64,000 nucleotides of DNA from Guillardia theta CCMP2712 (taxonomy: Eukaryota; Protista; Cryptophyta), in the NCBI RefSeq assembly GCF_000315625.1, contig NW_005434578.1, positions 1 through 64,000 on the forward strand. Reading direction: 5' to 3'. Below the pieces are notes generated by a model. The model was not told where the DNA came from, did no database searches, and worked only from the letters and a program-made list of their open reading frames with translations. Shown piece after piece: positions 38,245 to 50,465 of this stretch. The position numbers were made by a program, and so were the translations under genes. The first letter of the stretch is position 1, and every line of letters starts with the position of its first letter.

Positions 38245-41200
38245 CCATCATCACCACCATCACCATCACCATCATCATCACCACCACCATCACCATCATC
38301 ATCATCATCACCATCATCATCACCATCATCACCACCACCGCCACCGCCACCACCACCGCCATCACCACCGCCACCATCATCATCACTACCACCACCATCA
38401 TCATCATCGTTGCCATCGTCATCAGAGAGCTATCTTCTCCATCCCATGCAATGTTCGCTCCCTCTTTCACTACGCTCACATGGCATCATGCTTCTCTTCC
38501 CCCTCACCCACCTTGCGTTGACTCCATCTTCACCCACTGCATCCTTTCCAGCTGACGCTTCTGCAGCAAAGTCAGTGCAAGCCAGGCAAACTTGTTGACG
38601 TACAAATCTTGACAGGTGGTACGCAGGCCTTAGATGCACAATGTCAACCCGCGCTATCTTCGCCTCGTCCTTGAACGGCGATGATTCCACCCGCCCGCCA
38701 TTGGCGAAGAACTTTGGCATTTCCGACGGAGCAGACCTGTCCGTCTTGTGATTACGAGGACGAACATGAGGAGAGGCGGGGGGAGGGGGCCGTGTACGAG
38801 GCTCGAGCCTCAGCGGGATGCAAGGGATGCCAAAGACGAGAGGAGAGGGGCGAGGAGAGTACAGAAAGAGGAAAGAGGAGAGCAGGGAAGAAGAGAGGCG
38901 CCGACGAGCGTAGGGAGCAGGTGGGGTGGGGACGGGGGGAGGGAAGGGAGCTGGCGGGGAGCGACAGTGCTTACCCGAGGAACTTTACCCCGACATAGCT
39001 CATGTAGCAACCAGCCTGGCAGACAACCGCGTCCATATGCCTCGTCTGCTTCATCACTGTGCTCGCTGACTGCTGCTCTGACCGATTGGAGGGCTGCTTC
39101 TCAGAGGGCCTCCTGCCCCCTCCTCTCCCCTCATCTCCTGACTTCTGGAATTTCCTGTCCTGCGAGCTCTCCTCCCGCGGATCTCTCTCCTCCCTCGCGT
39201 CAAGCTTGCGCTTCCCGTGCTGACCGTGCGAGCTCGCGGTCGAGCTGTAGAGCGAGTCTGCTTGCCTCCTCCCTTCCTTCCTGATACTGCCGTCCTGTGT
39301 GCTCTTGCTGTGCTTCTGCGTCTCAGCCACTCGTTCGCTCCTGTCATGTTTGGATGGGCTGGAGGAGGAGGAGGAGGAGGCAGCAGCGGGGAGGGCGTTC
39401 TCGGCAGGTCTTTTGGTCGGCACCTTGCTGTCACCTCTGCCCTTGAGCTTGGGGATGGGGGTCAAGTCGATGGCGCTTCCTCTCGGGGTAAAGGTCTTGG
39501 GGGATGAAGTGGCCGAGTTGTCGTGGGCAGAGGTTTGGATGGGGACAGGCTGATGTCAAAGTGAGAGGAGCCGAGAGGAGGGGGAAGGACGCAACAGAAG
39601 GAAGATTAGGGAGGGAGAGGAGGAGAGGACGGAGGTGCAAACGAGCGGGTGGGAGACAAGAGCTAGCTGAGGGTCACCGGAGGCCTCTTGTGCTGGTAGT
39701 GCCCCCTAGCTCCTCCGACCGGCTCCTGCGACTTCTTCATGTGCTGTACAGCACTCTTATCTGCATGGCGGGTCATGGAAAGAAGGGGGCAGGACGAGGT
39801 ACATTTCTCGACTGAGGTCTTGTCAGGGCCGTTGGTCTGTCTGTTTGGACACGAGGATCATGGCTGCTGCAAGGGTAGAGGAAGGACGAGGACGAGGCAG
39901 AAGAGAGAACGGCAAGTGGCAAGAAAGAGGCAGAGGCAGAGGCAGAGGCAGAGGCAGAGGCAGAGGCAGAGGCAGAGGCAGAGGCAGAGGCAGAGGCAGA
40001 GGCAGAGGCAGAGGCAGGAAAGTCGTAAAGGGAAAGGAGCAAAGAAGAGGAGGGTGGAAGGAAGGGTAAAACAGTTGAAATTGAGGGAGCGGCTACCGTC
40101 TCAGGTCCTCTGGCCAGCTCATCTCGTAAAATTCTTTGAGCTTCTTTGCTGCCGCCGATTGATCTTGACTTGGGTACCCGAAGGCCTTTGCTGCTGCTCG
40201 CCACTGGATCTTGTCGAACCCTCCGTTGTCTTTCACCTGCAAGTACATCAGGCCCTCTCTCCCCTCCTAAACTTCACTTCTTACGTAGGCATACAGCTTG
40301 CCGATGTAGACTTCCATGTCAAGGATGTTCCAGCTGAGCGCGACACGCTGCGAGACGAAGAGATCAGATGCCTTGAGCCTTGCGACGCACCTCCCTCCCC
40401 TTACTTCGACTCTCTTGGGAAGCTGATCTGGCGGGATCGACCGCAAGGAGTCCGAGGCTCGGACCACTCTCCCTCCGTCCACGATGATCTCCTTGGAGGC
40501 TTTTTTGGAAATCTTGCGGGAGCTCTTCTTGGTGGGCAGGGAGGCGCCGCTGACCTGACAAGTCCGAGTTAGAAGTGCGGGAGAGGNNNNNNNNNNNNNN
40601 NNNNNNNNNNNNNNNNNNNNNNNNNNNNNNNNNNNNNNNNNNNNNNNNNNNNNNNNNNNNNNNNNNNNNNNNNNNNNNNNNNNNNNGAGGGGAGGGGAGG
40701 GGAGGGAGGGGAGGGGAGGGGAGCAGAGGGGGTGGAGAGGGGCCAGGGAGAGGAAGAGCGGGAGAGGAAAGGAGCAGCTCATCAAACAACTCACTCGTGA
40801 CTTGACAGCGGCGTTCTTGCTCGGATGCTCCACCCCCCTTGTCTGTTTCATACATGCACGTCAGTCTCTCCACCGTCCCTTTAGCTGGCTGCAATTTACC
40901 CGATCCCTGCTCCCCTCAGCTCTTGGCGTTTTGTCTTCTTCCTGTTTCTGACAATCTGCGCAGTACCAATGCTCCATCCTCAAAGCCCATTCCGCCCCGT
41001 TCGGATCTAGGCAGTAGGCATGGCATCCTCTATCACAGCCGTCGCATATAAGCATGATATTTTCATCTCTGCTGAATGTAAGTTCACAGACCATGCACTC
41101 TTGACCCTCGTCCGGTACTACGTTATCGTGAATCTGTTCATCATCCTTCTCGCCCTCTTCGGAGTCTTCATCGTTGTTCCACCCACCTCCCTCTTCCATC

Positions 41201-41989
41201 GCTTCCTCCTCTCTCTCTCCCTGGCTTCCACTATCACCATCATCGGGTTCATCTTCTCCAGATTCATCATCCGCATGTCTGGCTGTCTTGCGTCGAAACT
41301 TCGCCATGTCACCTTCATCCAAAGGCTCCTCTTCGTACTCTTGTGCAGCGTCGTCGAAAAACGATTTTTTCTTCTTCTTCCGCTTACCTCTAGCCTTGGG
41401 CCTCAGCTCTGGAGACTCTTGGCTCGAATATTCTTCATCTCCGGGTGCTGCCTCTGCCCCTATCGGGTCCTCAAAGTTCTCTTCCCCCTCCTCCCCATCA
41501 CCTCCTCCTCTCCCTCTATCGGCACTGTATGAGGAGACCTTCCCGTCGTCAGCGGGAGCCATGACCTTCTTGGGTGTTGAGCTTCCCACGAGGAAATAAT
41601 CACTCTCGTGCGCGCAGGGAAGGTGAACGAAGCGGTTTTCCCTGTTATGAACCCTCAGGGACGCCCTCGTCTTGTCACACAGGAAGCATCTCGTCTCCTT
41701 GCAAGACGACATGACACGGGAGGCTGCATTTTCCGGTTTTTCCCTCAGCACTTGTTCGGCGCTGATCTTCTCGCTCGCATTGAGCTCAAAACTCCACAGC
41801 AGGCAGCCTTGGTGAAACTGCTGCTTCGGATTCTCACGACTACAGCAAGTCTCAGCTAAGAGAAGAGCAAACGGGGAAGGCAACTCACTCTGGACATGTT
41901 TTGCCGATGAGCAGGGACCGCAATTCCTCGTCCCTGAGCTCGCCTACTTCTAGCCCCAGGCCGCATAAAGCGCATCTTCCCGGTTCCAT
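37955..41989 (-). CDS. Chromatin protein: ePHD-like + acidic region + PHD + ARID + SPOC-like domain
   Basis: N-terminal CALC...FHQGC...CFLC...HLPCA; PHD CMVC...LICDGCDRGCHAYCL...WYCADC; ARID VYIGKLYAY|VKDNGGFDKIQWRAAAKAFGY...AKKLKEFYE; C-terminal DIVHLRP...WIGFIQLLQKGGAVAF...KLVLVP...LFGFLID*. Spans an N gap, so a single gene is an inference. Confidence 0.75.
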
Positions 41990-42721
41990 CTCGTTGGCTG
42001 GGGAAGCAAACTGATTGTCAGGGCACAGATTCACACCGGCTCTCTCCCTTGACGCCTCCTCTTACCCCCCCCCCTCCCTTCCCCCTCTCCCCTCCCCCTC
42101 TCTCTTCCTGCCTCCATTTGTCTGCTCTGCCCCGCCCCCGCCCTTCCCTGCTCCCTTCATCCCTGCTACCAACATGCTTCCTGGTGAACGGGCTGTTTAC
42201 TCACGGTTTTACTTAACTTTGAGTAAAAGTTAGCAAGTTTCCCGGGTTGCTGAGAAATTCCGAAGTTCGATCCGATGATCTGGGAACCGTGAACTTGGAA
42301 CCGGCCCGGATCCCGGGAAGTTCAGTGACTGAACTTGCCGCCTGTACACTGCCAGCCGGGCCGCGATGCCACTGGGCCAGTCAGTCACTGGCAGTCACGG
42401 GCACGGCGGCCGCCGAGTGCCAGTGCCGGTACCGTACGGTACCGGCCGTGACCGCCGGGGTACCGTGACTGGGCACTGCCCGGCCAGTCACGCGGCCACT
42501 GACGGTGTCACCACGGTGACGGAGGACGCGGCAGTGCTGGCAGTGCCGCCTCAGGCTCACTTCCCGGGGCCGTGACCGCCGCGCCCCCGGCCGCCGATCG
42601 GACAGTCCGGGTGATCGGACGGTCACGGTTTCGGAGGTACCGTACCACTGAGCGGCCGGGCCCGGCCCTGTTCGGACCGTCCTGTCCGACGTCCCGGTCC
42701 GGCGTGACAACACCGTCCGCC

Positions 42722-42807
42722 CGGGGGGCCGCCCCGGCCGGCGACCCTCGGACTCAGCCACCGACCGTCACCCGGTGACCCGTACCGGGCCGGGCCGCCT
42801 CTCACTG
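42722..42807. repeat. 86-bp GC-rich direct repeat, copy 1
   Basis: Identical to 45246-45331. Confidence 0.9.
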
Positions 42808-43469
42808 TCAGTTACCCGGTCATAGTACCGTACTCAGTGGCACTGATCGGACCGGACCTGGGCCCGGGCCGAGCCTCGGAGCCTCCGAGTCTCGGAGGCT
42901 CGCATGCCGTTCACAAGGCCATATGCAGGCTCTAGCAAAATTGGTCTTTTTTTTTTCTCCTTGGGAAGGGGTTCATATATACACTTCCATTCAGCTACCC
43001 CGGTTTTTGCTCTATTACTGGGGGGTAGTGAGACAGGGATAAAGTAGGGTGGGGTGATTTGAATTATACTGGCGTGGTACCCTGTCCCCCGCCTTACTTT
43101 TTGAAGCACTTCATTTTAATTGTTTAGTCAGCGCTTCAATCGTACACATCTACGTACGGATGAAGTGGCTCTGGTACAGTCTGTACTATTCTTTTAAAGT
43201 AATTTCGACAGGCGTCTCGAATCAGCCTCCACCCTAGTGACTTCCTTTGTCTGGAGGGGTAGAGGACCGAAAGATTCTCTCATACCCGTGCATTTCACTG
43301 TATCACGGTACGTGGGGGTGCTAATGGAAAAGAAGGCATTTCGATTGCCGTTGGAGCTCACCACGCCAATACCCCCGGTTCCCCTTCATCACCTTTACGA
43401 AAGGCGGGGTGGGTAGCTAGCAAAGAATACAAATCTACCCTTTGATTCAAGAGTTTGAAATTGGGAAAT

Positions 43470-45215
43470 AGGGGGTAGGGTGCTATCTCCACTCTCCTTT
43501 CCCCAAATCCCCCCTCCCTGGGCAAGCAAGAGATGGCTGCTTGATCCTTCACCCGCATGCAACGACAAGTCATCATGGTGAGAGGCTTCGAATCTATTGC
43601 TGCTTGAATGTGGATGAGAATTTAATCGTCTAATGTATCCATGTAGATAGACTAAGACCTTTTCTTAGTCTCTGACTTTGAAAGAAAGTTTTGAATTCCG
43701 CTTCTCTTACATGACTGCATGACAGAGAAAGCTGTCTAGGAATGAAGATGTCTTTAGAATACATTGAAAAAGATGAATACACCTTTTCTGCTCCCTTATT
43801 CGTTGTTTCAAGCATGAGAGCCGTATGTATGAGGATTCAGAGAGGAAGTATGGTTTACAATGCTGCACCATCAGTTTGCAAATGAGGTGCTTTCATGCAC
43901 TCCAATCTTGCAAATATGCTAGAAACATTCAAGTATTTGCAGTTCAGATCCTCAAAAGCAACATCTTCACATTATTTCTGCTTGAGCATGCATTCAAAAT
44001 GCTCAAGGATCAACATGCTCCACGTAGCTGTGGCGACATGGAAAGTCTGTTTCAACCACAGGATGAGAATCCTACAGCAATCAATGTGGCTTACTAGAGC
44101 TACAAGCATACATTGTGCATAATTAGGTTTATTTGCAACTTTTTGATGTATCTCTGCTATGCAGGCACAACGAAGAAACCAATGTGAGGCTTATTGTGCT
44201 GACCATTGCGCATGTATTTGATGCTACTTGCGGTTGTCATTGTAATTAGATTATTGCAAAGAATGATACCTCATGAATGTATAAAGATTTCTGCAATCAG
44301 ATCACTACCACTTGTGATGTCGATCCCAAGCTTACAGTGAGTCGGAATGGTCTACAGGGGAAGCGATGTTTTCATCATCATTCAACCCCTGCATGCATTC
44401 TGCATTTATGTTAAATGAAAGAAGATACAGAAATGCTCTTTAGCATGGCCTCGAATGCAAGACTGAGATCACTTTATTTCACAATAGAACAAATAATACA
44501 TGTGTGCATACTGTGTTGACGGTTCAAATGTCCGACATCACAGCTAGATGAACGCTCAAAACTAATCCCACGCATCAAGAAATCAACACACTCTGCAAAT
44601 CTCAGAAGTGGAGACTCTCGACGGTGTTCAAGGCTTAAGATGTCTTGATTGCCTCTGGCGGCATCAGTGTTTACATGCAATCAAACATCCTCACTGCAGT
44701 AGGCGAAATGCATGCAGAAATCTTGTGAAACAATCTATGCAATGCTTGATGTCTAATATAACAAGTGAGCTTGACTAATTACGTGAATCTGCAACATGAT
44801 GCAATCTCCATCAAACAAATCTTCAAGGCATCGCATGTGGAAAATATGCAATTCAAAAATCATTCATCGCAGGGAAGTATCTTATGATTATTCTGCCATA
44901 AGGTTGGTGTCAAGTCAAAATGACAAGCGATCTCCTACACTGGATTCAAACCTCATGTTTTCATCATCTTGTTCTTCATAATAACCTTTTGAACCATGGA
45001 TCTCACAACGCCATTGCTGCACACTCTGTTGTCACCGAACGCATCACCACGAACCTAGCGGTCTCAGGTCTCAAACTGTGCTGACTAGAGAGCTTCAAAC
45101 CTAACAAAGCCTTGCATGCTGAGATCTGATGCTGGCTACAGCAGCGGATGGTCTTACAGCGGCATCGTTGGAGGAGCAGCTTTGGTGCTACGTGCCGGCG
45201 TGTAGGGGAGACATG
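43470..45215 (-). pseudogene. Decayed AT-rich coding-like relic, copy A (possible TE remnant)
   Basis: Fragmented - strand frames with many stops. The terminal DSKPL...ISCLPREGGFG is similar to DSKSL...IASCSSREGGLG in copy B. Confidence 0.35.
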
Positions 45216-45245
45216 AGTCGGGCGTGTACGATGTTGAAAACATTT

Positions 45246-45331
45246 CGGGGGGCCGCCCCGGCCGGCGACCCTCGGACTCAGCCACCGACCGTCACCCGGT
45301 GACCCGTACCGGGCCGGGCCGCCTCTCACTG
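45246..45331. repeat. 86-bp GC-rich direct repeat, copy 2
   Basis: Identical to 42722-42807; bracketed by gttgaaaac at 45233-45241 and 45334-45342. Confidence 0.9.
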
Positions 45332-46044
45332 CCGTTGAAAACTTGTTTGAATTCACACGCCACCCCAAAAAAAACTTTCTCGAAAAGAAGAGTGGAAATT
45401 AACGAAAGGAGTCTCGGAGGCTCGCCCGGAAGTCCGACGGTCGGCAGAGGTTTCAGTCAGGCGCTTAAAGTCAAGTTACGCATAGCGTTGCCTTTCTCAA
45501 TTGACCTTGGAGCTCTAAAACGTTTCGCGGTGAGGGTGGTAGATTCAAATCCACGCATACCACGCCTCATGTGGGGGCGGGGTGGGTCTTCCGACCGTGT
45601 TCCGAATTCAAATCACGAAGAGCCAAGCAGAACTTTTTCAGGGGTAGGGTCTTCTTGAGTACAATTTCTTGGTACCAGTTAGTACAGTCCGAACCATGTG
45701 ACTTTGGTACTCTTTTGGTACCATTCGAGGTTCTCCCCTATGTATTGTACACATCCGGTACAAGTATAACCCCACTCCCATGAAAAATCTTCAAGCATGC
45801 TGGTGAATTGCTTCATCCCTTGAACCTGGGGCCTGTCCGATCAAATCATATGGGCATACATAAGAAAACTGCAAGCCTGTATGTGGGGTCGGCCTGAACC
45901 ATCTTGAATTCAAATGAGAGGGGGTGATGGAGGCGGGACTCCTTCGGATCCGAGAACCCCTCCGTTTGAGTCATTTTGGGTGGTGGGGTGGGTATGGAGC
46001 ACCCTCAACTACCCACCTTTGATCCAGTTTGAAACTCTACAATA

Positions 46045-48090
46045 GGGGGTGGGGGTAACACCCATTTCTCATTCCCCAAGCCCCCTCTCCCTGGACGAGC
46101 AAGAAGCGATGAAATGGTGCCTTCCTGACTCACCAGGATGAACTTTGATATTGAGAGACTTCGAATCCAACCCAACTGAGATAGAAATGAGATGAAGATC
46201 TCATATCATACCTGTAAGAGATGATCGAGCTTCTTTCTCAACTCTACAGGTTGGGCCAAGGTTTGAATCATCCATCCTGCAATGGAATATGCACCCTAGG
46301 TTCAAACAATCCGCGGGTGTACTTGCAAATATTCTTCGAAGACAAGATGAAATTTTTATGATCAGGTAAGGAATTGATAATCGATACACCATTGAACAGA
46401 ATCAACTCTGATTGACCCTTTATTCAAATTGCCGTAGGTTGCACGTTGCGCTCAAATGCATGACTGTGATTTGTGAGAAATTTGTATCCAGCTGTACCTT
46501 GAGCGACTTTTCTGTCTAGATATGTGTTCTCATGTCATCACTTGCTTTCAATTCTTCTAGTCTTACAGTCAGGATTCATGCACTTCACCTTTCTATGGAG
46601 GCAAGTCTTACATGCACTCAACCGTTCAACGATACATGAAGAGACGTTTGCACAGAAGATGACTGTTCCTGCCCGCATAGATGACTGTAGAGAACCGTTG
46701 TTGATCATGAATCACTATATCTATGATCATATTTCGATGATTTTTCCGTTTCGCTTCAAATTTTTCCTCTGTCATGATATTTTCACAGGATTTCGATTGC
46801 ACAGAAACCTAGTCAGAAATGAAGCAATGTGCAGATGATGCCTTTGCATATCAATAAATGAGACGTTCATCGGATCAATCCTGTCTTGGTGTCGCAATGC
46901 TACCGTGCAACTGTAGTGTTCTTGTCGCATGGCTCTACAGAGGAGTGCCTTGTTCAACAGAGCAAGCACTCGATGATTGCAATCGAGTCGCAAACACTGT
47001 GAATCAACAAACAGAATTGCACATTCAGGTTATCATATCTTTATTAGAAGAGTTACAATCAGGGTACAAGCACAACCGACCTCCCTGTAATCCTGAAGAC
47101 GTTCCATCTTTTGCCTGGCGAGGGTGTATCTGCGTTAACCAAGAAGCATGTGACATGTGGCCACATCTTGAATGCTCTACGGTCAGGAATATCAACATCT
47201 TCAAAACGGCTCTCTTGTTTGCTGTGACATCAACTGCTTGGTAGCGGCTAATCCGATGAACAGAATCTGATGCAAGTTCACACCAGTAATATTTACATGA
47301 TGCATCAGTCAGTGTGATGAAATTGGTGATTTGCAAAATGTTTCATCGTTCCAACACATCCTTAAGAATTGGATGAAGAATCCTTCACGAACCACGGGAC
47401 TTACTTGTCATCATTCGATTGTACTGAGGATCATCTTTGTTTCAAGCATCGAGCTGCTCCGACCGTGACTGCTAAAATGCGCTGTATCTGTTCATTTAGA
47501 ACTTTCCGTTGAGCTTTTCCTTCAGTTTTTCATGTTCTTCCATGCAGTGAGATGACCATGTCAATATTTTGCCTAGACCTGATCGACTCCCGAGTCCTGA
47601 ACTTATCTTTGTTTGTGCCCATTTCATGTCACAACCTTTTCACATCGGGACAGTTCTGCGATGTGTCGAAACCCCCTTCGTATGCAGCCATTGTCTCGAG
47701 AGTTTTGTATGCTGGGCGGCTTACTGGTACGTCTACGTACTCCTGGATACCGGTTTGTAATATTGGTTGGGCACTTGCCAAAGTCTTCACCCGTTCATCA
47801 ATCTCATACAAGTTGCCAAAGGCTGCAAATCATTCCAACCTGCATCAAGAACACGTCATTTGGATCTCTTCCCGTGATAATTTCGATGAAAAAAAGAGAT
47901 AATGCTCACCTGACTTGTCTTGCTCTGTCAAACGCTGCACATCCTCATATCTGTACGGCTTCGCAGAGTTCACAGTGGCAGGAAACTTTCAACATTGATA
48001 TTTTTTATTTTGATATTTGATATCGTATTGGCGATGCATCATGATTGAGCTTCGGAGGGCCAGCCACGCCTGTGAAGGCCATAATGGCCA
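46045..48090 (-). pseudogene. Decayed AT-rich coding-like relic, copy B (possible TE remnant)
   Basis: Residual GT-AG introns (e.g. gtgagc...tgcag ~47841-47909) and Cys/His-rich broken frames. Nucleotide similarity of 46045-46230 to 43470-43650. Confidence 0.35.
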
Positions 48091-48108
48091 TCAAAGCTGA
48101 CTTGCGAT

Positions 48109-49108
48109 GGGAGCGTGACACAATGATTTCAGTCCGCAGGAGCGTGACACACAATGATTTCAGGCCGAACACCCCCTCAATTTTCAAGTTGTTCCATGTA
48201 GGTTGGACTTGCTCCAAACTATATGGAACAACTTGAAACTTGGAGGAGCGTGACACACAATGATTTCAGGCCGCAGGAGCGTGACACACAATGATTTCAG
48301 GCCGAACACCCCCTCAATTTTCAAGTTGTTCCATGTAGGTTGGACTTGCTCCAAACTATATGGAACAACTTGAAACTTGGAGGAGCGTGACACACAATGA
48401 TTTCAGGCCGCAGGAGCGTGACACACAATGATTTCAGGCCGAACACCCCCTCAATTTTCAAGTTGTTCCATGTAGGTTGGACTTGCTCCAAACTATATGG
48501 AACAACTTGAAACTTGGACTCCGGGAGCGTGACACACAATGATTTCAGGCGAACACCCCTCAATTTTCAAGTTGTTCCATGTCAATTTTCAAGTTGTTCC
48601 ATGTAGGTTGGACTTGCTCCAAACTATATGGAACAACTTGAAACTTGGAGGAGCGTGACACACAATGATTTCAGTCCGCAGGAGCGTGACACACAATGAT
48701 TTCAGGCCGAACACCCCCTCAATTTTCAAGTTGTTCCATGTAGGTTGGACTTGCTCCAAACTATATGGAACAACTTGAAACTTGGAGGAGCGTGACACAC
48801 AATGATTTCAGGCCGCAGGAGCGTGACACACAATGCATTTCAGGCCGAACACCCCCTCAATTTTCAAGTTGTTCAATATAGGTTGGACTTGCTCCAAACT
48901 ATATGGAACAACTTGAAACTTGGAGGAGCGTGACACACAATGATTTCAGGCCGCAGGAGCGTGACACACAATGATTTCAGGCCGAACACCCCCTCAATTT
49001 CGATCAAGTTGTTCCATGTAGGTTGGACTTGCTCCAAACTATATGGAACAACTTGAAACTTGGACTCCGGGAGCGTGACACACAAAGATTTCAGGCCGAA
49101 CGCCCCCG
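48109..49108. repeat. Tandem array of 137-bp units, each with two ~29-bp direct repeats and a 57-nt hairpin (7 hairpins)
   Basis: Unit: ggagcgtgacacacaatgatttcaggccg twice, then aacaccccctcaat, then tttcaagttgttccatgtaggttgga-cttgc-tccaaactatatggaacaacttgaaa. Period 137 (48182, 48319, 48456). Confidence 0.95.
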
Positions 49109-49599
49109 GCTAATCGAATCAACCTCCACCTCACTGGCCCGGCCAGACTCTATCAGGCTATTTAACCGGGCCAAGATCCACCAAACGGACTATCTCTCAG
49201 TACACCTGAGATCCTTACCCCAACCTTATTCACCTCAACGATACACAGCTGTGCAGTACGGTCTCTAACACCTTCACTGATGATGATAGAACTCTCAGAA
49301 GAACCACACAACACCACCAACACTTCCTTTATTCACAGCAGTCACCTCCCCTTCAGTCCCTTGGCAGTTGCAACCGTGACTCCAGTGCCAGGGCCAAGTA
49401 CAATGCACAGCGCCCTGGACTCGTGTCCTCCTCACCCCCTTTTCACTGCCAGACCCAGGCTCAGGCTCGTCGATTCCTTAATTCCAGACCTATGTCAAAG
49501 CCCACTTCCATCTGAGTCGCTGAGCTTCGTCTACCGATGCTGAGACGCAATACCCTGAACTTCTCGCCGTCTCCAAGAACTTATCGGCGGCGAGTTCTT

Positions 49600-49748
49600 A
49601 CACCCCCTCAATTTTCAAGTTGTTCCATGTAGGTTGGACTTGCTCCAAACTATACTATATGATATGGAACAACTTGAAACTTGGAGGAGCGTGACACTGG
49701 CACAAAGATTTCAGGCCGAACACCCCCTCAATTTTCAAGTTGTTCCAC
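49600..49748. repeat. Detached, mutated copy of the 137-bp unit (one full and one half hairpin)
   Basis: acaccccctcaattttcaagttgttccatgtagg... resumes at ~49600 with small insertions. Confidence 0.9.
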
Positions 49749-50465
49749 AGTGAAATATTTTTTGTGGCCCTGAATCATTTCGGGCGCACTGAGTGTTCCA
49801 AGCCGCTGAGCAGTTCCGACTGAAGCCTGGCATGCCATGTTATGTTAAGTTATGTTGACCTCCGACTGTTCAAGTTGTGTCTGACACACGGTGACTCACC
49901 GGGCTACCGTAGTACCGGGGCCGCCCCGGCGCTGGCAAGCAGGCACCGTGACGGTTCTTGAAGCCGGGCCGAGTCACCGTGGCACTGACGGTCAGCGCCG
50001 GGCTGGCGGCGCGGCACTCAGCCGCTGAGTGTCACCGTCGGCACTGCTGCCATGATTAATGCCGGGATCAGCATGCCAGCCATGCGGCCAGTCCGATCAG
50101 ATAGCCCCGCTGAGTTAATTGAACACAGGCTGAAAACTGGCAAGGTACGGTCCGACCGCCGCCCGGCCGGGCGAGCCGGACTCTCCGGGACCTCTGAGGC
50201 TTCAAGGCTACCGTAGCCGCACGGTGAGTCAACCGTTGAACGGTGAGAGTCAAGTTCCGAGCCAGGCGGCGGCCCCACGCGGCGGCAATGCCCGGCGGTA
50301 CCGGGCCGTACCCGGTCCGTGTCATCGGAACAGCGGCGGCGTTGCAATGATGCTTGAGTTTCATATTCTAGCATACAGTCGGGAGTCTCTCATGTGCAGT
50401 GCTGGGCCTCAATTCTCAGTGGTTTCGTGTCACAGTCACGGTGCATTACTTAGTTAAACTCGGTC

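Noticed and set aside
48109-49108. CRISPR array interpretation, and the repeated ORFs MSRSSKFQVVPYSLEQ...
   Set aside because: Inter-repeat sequences are identical rather than unique spacers, no cas genes are present, the context is eukaryotic, and the 137-bp period is not a multiple of 3.
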